This document shows, piece by piece, positions 1-12,966 of a stretch of DNA of 64,000 nucleotides. The stretch's first letter is position 1; each line of letters starts with the position of its first letter. The notes under the pieces are model-generated. The model did not search any database and was not told the origin of the DNA. It saw only the letters and a list, made by a program, of their open reading frames with translations. The translations under genes and the position numbers were made by a program. The DNA is from Octopus sinensis (lineage: Eukaryota). The DNA is taken from assembly GCF_006345805.1 (NCBI RefSeq), contig NC_043014.1, positions 26,784,001 through 26,848,000 on the forward strand, in the 5' to 3' direction.

Positions 1-136
1 ATTATGTTAGAAATTAATTGAAACACATAAGGGGTGTATTTTGGTCAGAAATATAGTAACGAAAGGGTTCATAGGTGTGCATATTTTCAGCTGAACCGAC
101 CGACCACATAATGCACACATTATATATATATATATA

Positions 137-184
<48 letters not shown>

Positions 185-519
185 CGCATTATATATACAA
201 ATTATATATATGTATAAATTAAATTAGAGATAAAACCACTAATAGGCAAAAAAAACAAAAACAAAAACATAAAAATAAAAATATAATATAGAAAATATAT
301 AAAATTGAAAAATTTGAATTATTTAAATTTAAAATAAAAATTATTAAATTATATTTATAATTTGTTTTAAAATATATATAACTATCAAAAAGTATTAAAA
401 AGTTTAATATACATAAATACAGATATATACACTTTGTATATATACGTTATATATACATATTTATATATCGAACACACACACACACACATATATATAAATG
501 AACGCAATGAATATCTGAT

Positions 520-886
520 TCATAATATTTGTTCTCATGATTGTGTGTTGTTGGTAGCGATGATAATTCTCCCTATGCATGCAGACAGATACATCAAAGA
601 AAGCCGTCTGACGAACTTATAAAGGGAAAGTGAAAGGGAGTTGAGGGGAATACATTAAATAACGGTAGTGGAATTCACAAAGTTATAAATGAAGGGGAGT
701 AAGAGAGGGAAAGGAGGAAATAGCGTGAGTGAGGAAGATGGCCCCTAGCAACCACACCTTTCAAGATAGGGATTTCGTCACCTCATTCTACATGTCACTG
801 TAAATTTTGGAGTCAATCCGACGGGGTGTAGTGGCATTGAAAGCGATCCAAGCGGTAAAAACGCATTTCAGTTTTATATAGAGAGA
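520..886 (-). mobile_element. Helitron 5' region (TC start at 886), second copy of 2530-2876
   Basis: Minus strand begins TCTCTCTATATAAAACTG directly after the CTAG of the neighbouring unit; near-identical to 2530-2876. Confidence 0.7.
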
Positions 887-2876
887 CTAGCTGAAGGTGA
901 CCCGCTCTACGCGCGGGTAAGAGTGTGGTTGTTACTTTCTGTTGCTTCCTTTCAGCACGTAAAAAGCACCATCCGAACGTGGCCGATTGCAGCGCCGCCT
1001 TGACTGGCTTCTGTGCTGGTGGCACGTAAAAAGCACCAACCGATCGTGGCCGTTGCCAGTACCCCTGGCACCTGTGCCGGCGGCACGAAAAAGGCACCCA
1101 CTACGCTCACAGAGTTGTTGGCGTTAGGAAAGGCATCCACCTGTAGAAACACTGCCAGATGAGACTGGAGCCTGGTGCAGCCTCCTGGCTTCCCAGACCC
1201 CAGTCAAACTGTCCAACCCGTGCTAGCACGGAAAACGGACGTTAAACGATGATGATGATGATGATGTTTCTCCCTCTTTGTTTCTTTCTTCTTTCTCTCT
1301 CACTTTCCCCACTCTCTTACTCTTCCTTTCTCTCGGACTCTCCCTCGCTTTCTCTTACTCTCTATCTTTTTTCTATCTATCTCCCATTTATAAACAACAA
1401 AAGATCTTGAGTAAGTTGAGAAATAAAATATTTAGAAAGATCAATCATAAATATCAGGCAGTAACAACGGAAAGGTCTGCTTCAAGGCAGACAGCAAAAC
1501 ACTAACATTTAAAAGGGACAGACGAACTTGCGAGCTGAATAAAAATAATAAAATATTGGAAAGCAAAGTTTGAAGGGATAGAATCTGAGGGTAGTAAAGT
1601 CACCATGACTGGCATTTCTTAACGACGGACAGCAACGTATTGACAGTTTAACGGCTGGCGTAAAATTTTGAACTTGATGTAAAAGAAAATCCCTAAACAT
1701 CAAGTTTTGAAGTGATTCTTTCTCACAACAGTAGACTCACCATGGCAAGCATTCAAAACTTCATCATGGACGGCAACACATTGACGATTAAAAGGCTGGC
1801 GCAAATTTTTTAGCTTGATGTAACAGAGAATTCCTAAACACCCGCTCCTTGAAATTTTAATCCCCTTCCAGCCCCATTTAGACCCCTTTTCACATTTTGG
1901 TTAATATAACGCGATTTCATTCGGGTGTACTGGGGCCACATTTTATAAGATGAGGAATTTTGTCCTAGAGGTCACGCCTTTCATTTGAGGAAAAAAAATA
2001 GTTGTCATGCAAACTTGCCAGCACTTTTAACATAGGTCTGCATCTATGTATGTGTGTGTGCGTATGTATGTGTATGTATGTGTGTGTATGTATGTGTGTA
2101 TGTGTGTGTATGTATGTGTGTGTGTATGTATGTATTTCCATTGAGTCAACCTCATTATTTTCTACATAGCAGACCGTTACATAAACAGGCAAAGGTACAT
2201 ACATACATACACACTCACACATACATACACGCACATACACACATACACACACACACATACATACACATACATACACACACACACATACATAGATACATAC
2301 ACACACACACACATACATACATATACACATACATGCATACACACGCACGCACTACAAAAACCGAGTAAAAAATTTCAGTTATCTCTCTCTTTCACACAGA
2401 CAGATACATAAAAGAAGGCCGTTTGTATGAAATAGAGTGAGTATTGTGTGTTGGTGGTGGTGGTGGTGGCGATGATAATTATCATTAGGAAAAAGAGTGC
2501 GTGAGTGAGGAAGACATATACATAAGTTGCGGCGATGATAATTCTCCCTATGAATGCAGACAGATACATCAAAGAAAGCCGTCTGACGAACTTATAAAGG
2601 GAAAGTGAAAGGGAGTTGAGGGGAATACATTAAATAACGGGAGTGGACTTCTCAGAGTTATAAATGAAGGGGAGTAAGAGAGGGAAAGGAGGAAATAGCG
2701 TGAGTGAGGAAGATGGCCCCTAGCAACCACACCTTTTAAGCTAGGGATTTCTAGCCCACGGGCATCGTCACCTCATTCTACATGTCCCTGTAAATTTTGG
2801 AGCGAATCGGACGGGACGTAGTGGCATTGAAAGCGATCCAAGCGGTAAAAACGCATTTCAGTTTTATATATAGAGA
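887..2876 (-). mobile_element. Non-autonomous Helitron unit (about 1990 bp) with nested RTE 3'-end/SINE
   Basis: 5' TC at 2876 (TCTCTATATATAAAACTG). 3' end CCCGC-GCGTAGA-GCGGG hairpin, 11 nt, then CTAG at 887-890. Confidence 0.7.
930..1266 (+). mobile_element. RTE-LINE 3' end / associated SINE with (GAT)n tail
   Basis: ggcacgtaaaaagcacc modules, ttggcgttaggaaaggcatcc core, ends ggacgttaaacgatgatgatg; same family recurs throughout the window. Confidence 0.85.
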
Positions 2877-2939
2877 CTAGCTGAAGGTGACCCGCTCTAC
2901 GCGCGGGTAAGAGTGTGGTATATATATATAAATGTATAC

Positions 2940-3021
<82 letters not shown>

Positions 3022-6000
3022 ATATATATAAATACAGATATATATACTTTGTATATATACATTATTATATATATACATATTTATATATAGATACACACAC
3101 ACATATATAAATTAACCCAATAATTATCTGATTCATAATATTTGTTGTCATGATTGTGTGGTGGTGGTGGCGATGATAATTCTCTCTATGAATGCAGACA
3201 GACGTAGAGAGTGAGAGTGTGTGAAAGCGCTGTGGAAGGCAGGGAGGGGGGATAACGGACGCTGTGAAACGACGTTATAAAGAGAAAGTGAATGTAAGGG
3301 AGGTAGACGCTGTGAAACGACGTTATAGATAGAACGTGAAAGAAAGGGAGAAAAGAGAGTGAGTGATGGAGGAAGACAGATACATAAAAGAATGAGAGTG
3401 GGTGATGTTTTGTTTGTTGGACCAATGTATTAAGGTAGTATTGTTTTATTGTTTTAAACCGAAAGAGGCAATGTGTTTGTTTCAAAAATAAAAAAAGACA
3501 AACGTCCGCCAATGGGAAGACAGTTCATATTCGATTAGAGCACTCTGGGTATAATCATAAAAGTGAGAAATGGAATTTCGGTGGCGAATATTGTAGAGGA
3601 CTCTAAAAAAAAGAAGATTTTAAACCTGCAGGAAGATAGTTTAAACTAAAAAAGGCAGAATGTAAACTCACATCTGTAATAGTGTATGAAATTAGAATTC
3701 ACACCCAGCTCAGTTTTGTAGAAAGAGTATCACGACGTAAACTCATGAGTTGGGAGTTTGACTGAGAGAGTTTATATGGTGACACATGCCAGTCCTTTCG
3801 ACACCACCTAAACAATGGAATAGTGTATAAAATGTAATTAACAACTCATTCACTTTATGAATGTCTTATGTTAGCGAATAAACAATAACTTGACAAAACC
3901 GTTTAATGGAGACGTAGAAGGAATCGGAAAATGAGGAATAAAGAGAATGAGTTGGATCAAATGTTTGCAAACATCTGAACCCAATGTTCTTTATGAACCA
4001 TGTTCTTTTTAATGTCTTTATTTTCAAGAACAAAGAGATAATGAAGAGGTGCAAAATAAAAAATCAAGCAAAATTTCATGACATACAATCAGTTTTCTTT
4101 TGTCAGAGCCTCCTGATAAACCACGTTCCTTGTGCGCTCATGATTGCCAAGAATGAAGAGTTTATGTGGATTTCCAACTCGAGAACAGGCTACGTACAAT
4201 TGACCATGACTGAAAACCGGTTGTGACAGGTTAATGCCTACAATGTCCAGTGATTGTCCCTGTGACTTGTTGATTGTCATCGCGAAGCATAGTTTTACCG
4301 GAAATTGAAAGGGCTTAAACTGAATGGGAACATCAGAGGGTGAAATACTCATTTTACGTATCATCTTGATTGTTCCTACAAATGGGCCACTCAAAATTTC
4401 AGCAGTTATAACATGGCTTTGAATCCTCCTTATAACCATTCGGGTTCCATTGCATATTTCAGGCGTTTCCATATTTCTGAGCACCATGATTGGAGCACCA
4501 ACTTTCAAACACAACGATGAGGTGGAAGTCCCGGATGTGTTAGCTTGTTGAGTAGCTCGGGTGGATATTTGACTGCATCATTCTCATCTTTATTTTTATC
4601 GATGGACATTAAAGAAACTATCTCACCAGGAATCATATCAAGTACTTGTTTATTTGTAGCATCAGCTGTTGTATTATGAGGCGATAGAATAGCTCTTGCT
4701 CTTAGCCAATCGAGATCCTGGAAGTTGGTTTCGACGTCAGGTAAAATGGCTCTTATAAGTTCTTCTACATTTGGAACGAAATTCCCAAAAGGCAACCGAA
4801 TATGCTCATCATCAACGAAAGGCAAAACTCCATCACCAAGATCTAATAGGTGTTTTGCGAAAGCCTCAGACTCCACATCACCATGTAGGTGGACTCTCAT
4901 GTTTGTTTGAAGATGGCGACTGATAATACTGTGCCACACATAAGAATGCTTTTAACCTCATCGGCTCTAGTGCCTGCTCGGACAACAGGAAGAGTTTGTC
5001 GAAAATCTCCTGCCATGAGAAACGTAGCTCCACCCATTATTTTTGTATTGTGACGCAAATCTTGGAGAGTTCTGTCAAGAGCCTCAAACATGGCCTTATT
5101 ACTCATTGTAGCCTCATCCCAAATAAAAAGACTGCATTCACGAAGAAGTCTTGCTCTTGAGGAACTACGATCTATATTACATATAGGATTATCTTTCTTT
5201 CCAATGTCCATTGGCAATTTGAATGCACTATGTGCCGTACGGCCGCCTTGAAGCAGTGTCGCTGCAATACCACTTGAGGCACATGCAATGGCAATTCGAC
5301 GTTCAGCGCGCAGCTTTGCGAGAATCAAATTGATAACGAAAGTTTTACCAGTACCACCTGGAGCATTCAAAAAGAAAAGCTTTCCTTGGTTCAATCTAAC
5401 GCTGTCAATAATTTCATTATAAATCTCTCTTTATTCAGGCAAAAGTCTTGGTTCATCTCGCGTAACTGTTTCCGTCAATTCGGCAATGTTGTAGTTTTTT
5501 TCTGACATGTATTCAACATCCAAATGCGCTTCATGATGGACAGGTGTTGGCAGATGGAATTCACTTAAACCGCGTATAACATAGCGTCTGATGTGTCTGT
5601 CCATGTCGATTAATGCCTCATTATAAACATCGCCGTTGCCATCACGTAGTGCTAAATTAGCCTGTATGTCCTTTGATAGGCTCTGTCTGAACGATTCCCA
5701 AAGGTTAAGAGGGTTGCTGGGATTACAGTGGATTAATATGCTACAAAACAATCGACGCATTTGCCATGGCAGTTTACAATTTGAGGCCTCTGCTAATGTC
5801 CTGTGTAAGTGGTCGTCATTGAGAAGAATTCCGCGCCTCAAACATGCTTCCCTGTAAGTGGCGCAGATGATACCATCAACCGTGCGAAGATCAGCAAAAG
5901 ACTTCGGTCAAGTAACTACATGAAGTAGGATTCTCAGAAAGAAGATTTCCTGTTTGGTAGGATGAATATTGTACACACGCCCAATGACGTTCTTCCTAGA

Positions 6001-6560
6001 AACACCGGGCCAATTGTCAAGTTCTGTTCCATGTGACCTGCGCTTCCAATTATTGTTGTTGTATGTGTAATATTCCGGTACTTCAGGGTAAATGAGAGTA
6101 GAAGCAAACTCATCAACTGAACACAATTTTTAAAATGCTGTAAGCGTAGTCCCTTTTGGATTTTCAATGACTTGACGTGCATTTTTCTCTGTGAAGTAAA
6201 CCAGCTGTCTCTTCTGTAAATGAACATTCAGGTGGAAAACTGATGGTGAGCTTAGATGAATCTCGTATCCAAAAATGCGCCACGCTGCATAATTGGAGGA
6301 TACATACCTACCCAAAACGAATTGTTTAATTTCGTCATGTCTAAGGTCTTCATCACTGAACACAAACACGGCCATAACATCGCCCTTATTAATGTACTTG
6401 CAGAGGTATTGTATGCATCTCACCGAACTGCAGTACTCAACATTAATGTGTGCATTAAATGTTTTGGAAAGCAAAGGGTTGAATGGAACGATCCAGGCAT
6501 TATCAACATCGAATGTTTTGAACCGTTGTATTTTGCAATGTAAATATGATTTGTTTTAAG
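2877..6560 (-). mobile_element. Degenerate Helitron with RepHel remnant and 3' hairpin-CTAG terminus at 2877
   Basis: Frameshifted ORFs at 4089-6474. Rep motif 3 NAHINVEYCSSVRCIQYLCKYINKG; PIF1 helicase NAPGGTGKT, IWDEATM, AGDFRQTLPV, ICNGTR, CFAMTINKSQGQSL, FSHGQLYVACSRV. Whether the 2877 terminus belongs to the same copy is inferred. Confidence 0.85.
4089..6510 (-). pseudogene. Helitron RepHel (HUH Rep C-terminus plus PIF1-family SF1 helicase), frameshifted
   Basis: At least six ORF fragments in changing frames; Rep motifs 1-2 not seen. Confidence 0.93.
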
Positions 6561-6890
6561 AGAAAGATTGTCATGATTGTGTGTTGGTGGTGGTGGTGGT
6601 GGCGATGATAATTATCATTAGGAAAAAGAGTGAGTGAGTGAGGAAGACATATACATAAGTTGTGGCGATGATAATTCTAGACCCCTTTTCACATTTTGAT
6701 TAATAGAACCCGATTTCATTCGGGTCTACTGGGGCCACATATAGGTGTGTGTGTGTGTGTGTGTGGTGTGTGTGTGTGCACGCTGTAGAAATTAAATTAG
6801 AGATAAAACCACAAAAAGGCAAATGAAACAGTAAAAAACCAAAAACAAAAACATAAAAATATAAATATAATATTAGATATATGTATATAT

Positions 6891-7060
6891 GTTACTTAGC
6901 GGTTCGGCAAGAGTGACCGATAGAATAAGTACTAGGCTTACAAAGAATAAGTCCCGGGGTCGAGTTGCCCGATTAAAGGCGGTGCTCCAGCATGGCCGCA
7001 GTCAAATGACTGAAACAAGTAAAAGAGAAAGAGAAAAGAGAGATATGTGTGTGTGTGTGT
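6891..7060 (+). mobile_element. 3' part of tRNA-derived octopus-type SINE
   Basis: ttagcggttcggcaagag...ccgatagaataagtact...ggtgctccagcatggccgcagtcaaatgactgaaacaagtaaaagag; same family as 45340-45745. Confidence 0.8.
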
Positions 7061-7314
7061 TGACGGGTAGACAATAGAATGCGATGGCGATGGCGATGGA
7101 ATATTTGTTTCTGTCTATTAACGCAGACAGATACATGAGTAAAAGTTATGGGAAGCTAAGAGATAGGGTGAGTGAAAATGTTCTTGGAAGAGAGGAAATA
7201 GCGAGAGTAATTTGAGGAAGACTTTACATTAATGTCGTTAACTAACTGGAAGAGTCGTCCAACTGGGGTTAAAAAGAGTTGCATCTCATAGAGGTTTCAG
7301 AACTAGCTACTTTG

Positions 7315-7556
<242 letters not shown>

Positions 7557-8082
7557 CGTGTACGTGCGTGTATAGATCAAACAGTTTGATTCAAATTCCT
7601 TGGTACTTTAAGTTTCAAGTGTGATGCCATTGGAATTAAAATGAGATGTTGATGGAAGAGAGTGACTGTTTATTGCTGGGCGTTAGCCTGCGATTGTTTA
7701 AGAAGGGTCACACGGTATCACAGTTTGGTGTTGGTATTCCAGCGACAACAATTACTTTGAAAATACCGCATAGTGAACAGGAAATCGACTGAGTGGCGGA
7801 CATGAAATCGGTCGCGCTGTTGTGGGGTGGCCGAGAAAGTAGAAAGAGGCGGTAGATGTGTAAGTATATACGTATATATGTGTGCGTATGTGCTTATATA
7901 TCTACGTGTGTTTGTGGCTGTATTCATGCGAGTGTATACGTGCGTGCATGGGAGTACATTCACATGTGCTTATACATCTGTGTATGTGTGTGCCTGTATT
8001 AATGCGAGCGCATACACGCGTACATAGGTGTACGTTCACATACCCGCACGCGCACACACATATATACATACATATATGTATA

Positions 8083-8151
<69 letters not shown>

Positions 8152-8399
8152 ATATACATACAGGCACACACACATGCTCGCATGTATCTATCAATACGAG
8201 CATATGCACATGCACGCACATGAGTGCGCGAGTACACACATGATACGCACGCGCACATATCTATGCGCGTGTACGCATGTACACTAGTGCGCATATATCC
8301 ACATGCATGCATACAGATGTACGCGCGCGCGCATATTAACTCCTGCGGTTATGTACAAGGGGTAGACAGGTATGGAGAAGCGTTGGCTATTGGTGAAAT

Positions 8400-9045
8400 T
8401 AATCGGAAGCGCATACCTCTGGTGACAACAGTAGGATAGATCGTATTTCTTGTTGATGGATACTGCAGGTTGGAAGAGAACCTATGCAGTTTTTCGCGGA
8501 GGCAGAGCTGGCAATTAGTGGCGGCTAGTGAATATGGTGGTGCCTTGTCGACAATAGTCCATTTGATGCTGAGTGTTTCGTTTCAGACGCCACAAAGTCT
8601 CCAGAGAAAACGAGACAGTGAAGTGGAGTTCTCTCTATCTCTGGATCTGAAGGAGTACATATGCTGGGAGCACCTTCCCTTAAAGTTATTGGCTGTCATA
8701 CCCATATGCTTTGTGATCATATCGGATAGTGTAAAGGGGGCTCTGTATACTACAGCCATTGAGAGGCAGGATTCTTCTAGAGAGCAGGTGGTGTGGTTTT
8801 GGAAGTTGCAGGTTGGTGTTGGGTTTGTATTTTGTGCACTTAGGCGTTTGCTGATGCATGTGATGCTAGATGCGATGTTGTTTGTTGATGCGCGTGATGT
8901 TAGATATGATGTTAAATGCTCACCTTGACATCATGGGGGTTGAAGAGTTTGTAAGACTTATGGCCTCTAGGAAACTGTTTCTTCATTAACAACAGGAAGT
9001 TCAACCAGGAAATTAAATCAGGAATTTTCTTTTACTTAATTCTCT

Positions 9046-9070
<25 letters not shown>
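8400..9070 (-). mobile_element. Penelope-like element 3' part: RT C-terminal linker plus GIY-YIG endonuclease (degenerate)
   Basis: Minus strand: [22 protein letters not shown]...TCNFQNHTTCSLEESCLSMAVVYRA...KHMGMTANNFKGRCSQHMYSF...ENSTSLSRFLW...IKWTIVDKAPPYSLAATNCQLCLREK. Confidence 0.85.
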
Positions 9071-9092
<22 letters not shown>

Positions 9093-9105
9093 GCCTATCT
9101 ATCTA

Positions 9106-9153
<48 letters not shown>

Positions 9154-9154
9154 C

Positions 9155-9199
<45 letters not shown>

Positions 9200-9254
9200 T
9201 ATACATAGATATATAAATATATATATATATATATTATATATATATATATATATA

Positions 9255-9311
<57 letters not shown>

Positions 9312-9507
9312 TTAATTAGAGATAAAACCACTATTAGGCAAATCAAACAGTGAAAAACATAAACCAAAACATAAAAATAAAAATAATTAATATAATTTAC
9401 AAAATATATAAAATATAAAATTTAAAATTTTGAATTAAATTTTTTTTTTTAAATTATATATAACTATCAAAAAGTATTTAAAGGTTTATTATAAGATAAG
9501 TAAAACC

Positions 9508-9603
9508 ACTACGGACGTTTCATGGCCATAACCTAATTCGAATTACAATAATTTAAATTCAATTATAAATTCGAATTATGGTTATAGTCAATCTTCAGGT
9601 TAA
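9508..9603 (-). ncRNA. Type-I hammerhead ribozyme-like motif (Penelope pLTR type), probably degenerate
   Basis: Minus strand: CTGAAGA, long stem II (tgactataacc.../...ggttatggcca), GAAAC-GTC with palindromic ACGT stem III; stem I poor. Confidence 0.55.
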
Positions 9604-9949
9604 TGATAATAGTTAAATAAATAAACAAATATATTTAAACAATATTATTTCAGAAATAAATAAAATAATCATTTTTCTAATAAAAAATTTATTATCAAAC
9701 TAGAAGCTTTAATGATTATGATTATGTCATACAATCCAATTATAATGTTAAATATTAATTTTTAAGGTAAAGATAGATAGAAAATGTATTCATCTATTTG
9801 GATATAATATGGCTTTAAAAAACATAATAAACTCACAAATAATTTAATCTCAGTTATATTCAATATCTAATTACCTAATTATTTAACAAAAAAATAATCA
9901 AATATCTGTCTATATATATATATATAGACAGATAGATAGATAGAGAGAG

Positions 9950-10104
9950 AGAGAATTAAGAAAAAGAAAATTCCTGATTTAATTACCTGGTTGAACTTCC
10001 TGTTGTTAATGAAGAAACAGTTTCCTAGAGGCCATAAGTATTACAAACTCTTCAACCCGCATAATGTCAAGGTGAGCATTTAACATCATATCTAACATCA
10101 CACG

Positions 10105-10108
<4 letters not shown>
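9950..10108 (+). mobile_element. Inverted partial copy of the Penelope-like element (second arm of an 8888-10108 foldback)
   Basis: Reverse complement of 8888-9050 with only a few mismatches; encodes [22 protein letters not shown]. Confidence 0.85.
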
Positions 10109-10163
<55 letters not shown>

Positions 10164-10472
10164 TTAAAAAGCGCTAAAAAAACAAATTATCCAAAATTCT
10201 GACTGCCTCCTTTTTCTTAATATACAATATCTGTACACCACTTCAAATACATACTCTCTCTCTTTCTGTACATACACGCACACACACATATATATACACA
10301 CACACACTCAAACATGTAGATGTGTTGGGGGTGTACATATGTATGCATGTAAGTATGCATGCATGCATGTATGTTATGTATGTATGTATGTATGTATGTG
10401 TGTGCGTGTGTGTGTGCATGTGTGTGTGTGTGTATGTATGTATGTATACATGAATGTCCTCATTATTTGCAG

Positions 10473-10576
10473 GATTTCACTCGGCACATTTATGAACCAT
10501 TAACTTCGTTGACTTCCGTACTTGTTGCCATTTCTTCAATCGGAGCGCTAATTGCTGCAGTCCTGGCCCAGCCAAG
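10473..10576 (+). CDS. SLC7-like transporter exon (TM8)
   Basis: tttgcag|GAT...CCAAG|gtaaga, 104 nt; DFTRHIYEPLTSLTSVLVAISSIGALIAAVLAQP(R). Confidence 0.85.
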
Positions 10577-12869
10577 GTAAGAATACAAACGTAGTCATTT
10601 ACTAAACTCTTTAGAGGTAACAAATCTGGAAAATCTACTATCCACAAGCCAACCATGTGGTCGCTTGACATGCAAGATATAACATCCAAATCTTCCTTAA
10701 ATCACATGTTATCTTGAAATATAATGAAGAGCCTTGATTCACCATGTCATAGAAAATAACGAAGTGGTCAAGATGAATAGCATTTGATCACAGGCTGACT
10801 TGGGTCTGATGAACTCCTTTGACGATTTCATTGCATGAACATCAAGTTGCTAGACCAACTGGAAAACTTAATCATTGAATCAGTATAACAAACAGCTGAA
10901 TATTCCACAGACACATGTATCCTTAACAGAATTGTCAGGTAGAACTAACGGGACACAAGTGAGGTAAGGTTGTACTTTTGAATTGCAAGGTCAATCCATC
11001 CAACGAGCTTCTACACAACACTTTCCACTACTCTTATTTCTCGCATAAGGCTTGGATCAACCTGAGGGTGTAGTAAAAGATATTTGTCTGAGATTTCATG
11101 CAGTGGGATTGAACCTAGGAACTCATGGTTGCGAAGCGAACTTTGTTTGCTTCGCAACCATGAGTTCCTAACAACAACATCCATGATGCTGTTGGCGTTC
11201 ATTGTAGCAATATGTAGTAGTTCAAAAACACCACCACAGCAAGGTATGCATTGTATCCTTGTTGTTTAGCCCCAGGTCAACTGTGATCAAGCAGACATAT
11301 AAAAACATTCCATCCATGAGTATTCCAATAATTTGGAGATATGTAGGGCAGTATCTACTGTATACTTCCTTTTTAAAGATAATGGAATGTGATTTTACTG
11401 TTATTTCTAGCAGGTCAAGCAATTGGAAGTATTCTTTCACCAGACTTCTTTGTCACACTATGTCCATTATATGTATCTATGTTAATGGATTCCATCCCAA
11501 GTTGGATAAAACTTTTGAGAGACAACGCAGATTTTAACACCACCCTTCATACCACCAACTTTTAATTATCATTCTACATAATTACATACCTTTAAATATT
11601 TTCATCAAGCTCTGTGATGGTTGCCTTAAAGTAAAAGACTGAAATAATTTGTTCCATGACTTGGTTTCGTTTCTTATCATTTATACTGCTAATACCTATC
11701 AGGAAAAATATGAATACCACCACATTTCATTTTCTCATTCCATTATATAAGGTCCATTACACTTTGTCATAGAGAAATCATCTTTCATTAGAATTCTATG
11801 GAAGAAAGCCCTAATTTGTTGAGTTAATAAGATAGTGACCTACTGATTGAAGAGTCATCGGTTTGTATCTTGTCACCAGCACTCAATCTTGTATACAGCA
11901 AATACATTAACACTCAATACCTTATCTCATCCTGCACAGCAATAAAAATTATGAGGGAGGAAGGTGAGTGTTTTAAGTAGTAAAGTGTGTCATATAACTG
12001 ATGAGTGCTTCATTTGTTTGCAGCGCTTAATTCAAATTATCTTATGGTCACAAAGAAAAGAATGGTTGACAAGTTTCACATGCTGCCTGTCTTAACTATG
12101 AATTGTAAGCAAAACACACCATCCAGTCATTCGGTGCCTTCAGCAGGATTCATTTTAATGCAAGCATTCTCAACAGACCCTTGGTTCTTTACCATGTCCA
12201 TGCTTTTTTTTTTAGCAGATATTGACCTGCAGAGGTTCAAGGCTGACCTCAGCCATCAATTTCACTAATCCTGGAATGTGGCCCTTCAAAGTCCAAAGGC
12301 ATCATTGCTTTTATTCTAATCAACTTATTTTTAAAAAATTGGGAAGCCATTCCTCTTTTAAATTAGTCACGATGAAGAAGATGTGATTTTCAGAGATTTC
12401 CCATGCAATGACACATTACATTGCAAGGCAAAAAAAAAAAACACAGCCTACAGAATGGCCCTGAAGCCAAAATTTAACCTCCCACAATCCTTAGATTCTT
12501 CAGTTTGTTACAACTGCATCCAAACCACTTGTACTTTAATAATGCAACCAAATTCTACAGACTAACACTAGATGTACATCACAATGTCTAAATATTAATC
12601 TTGACCATGAATATTTCGAAACTTAATTTTGATTAACACAATGTCTAAAGCTTAATCTTGAGACTAACTAGATGTTTTAGTCATGACTAGCATGTCTGAA
12701 ATATAATTTTGAGACTAAACGATGTCTAAATCTTAATATTGATACTAAAACTATTTTTAAATCTGAATCTTAGAATAAATGCAACTTCTAAATCTTCATC
12801 TTATGATTAATACTATATTTAAGCCTTAATGTTTACAAACTCTTTATCTAAGTCATCATCTTTCAACAG

Positions 12870-12966
12870 ACTATTGTTTGCTGCTGCCAAGTTTGGCCAC
12901 AGCCCTACAATAATGAGGATGCTACATGAACGCTTCAAGACACCGTGGTTAGCAAATTTTGCCTTA
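12870..12966 (+). CDS. SLC7-like transporter exon (loop 8-9, TM9 start)
   Basis: ttcaacag|ACTA...CCTTA|gtaagt, 97 nt; (R)LLFAAAKFGHSPTIMRMLHERFKTPWLANFAL. Confidence 0.9.

Noticed and set aside
4089-6474. Host PIF1 helicase gene or active Helitron
   Set aside because: Intronless, multiple frameshifts, Rep motif 3 upstream and motifs 1-2 missing: a dead Helitron.
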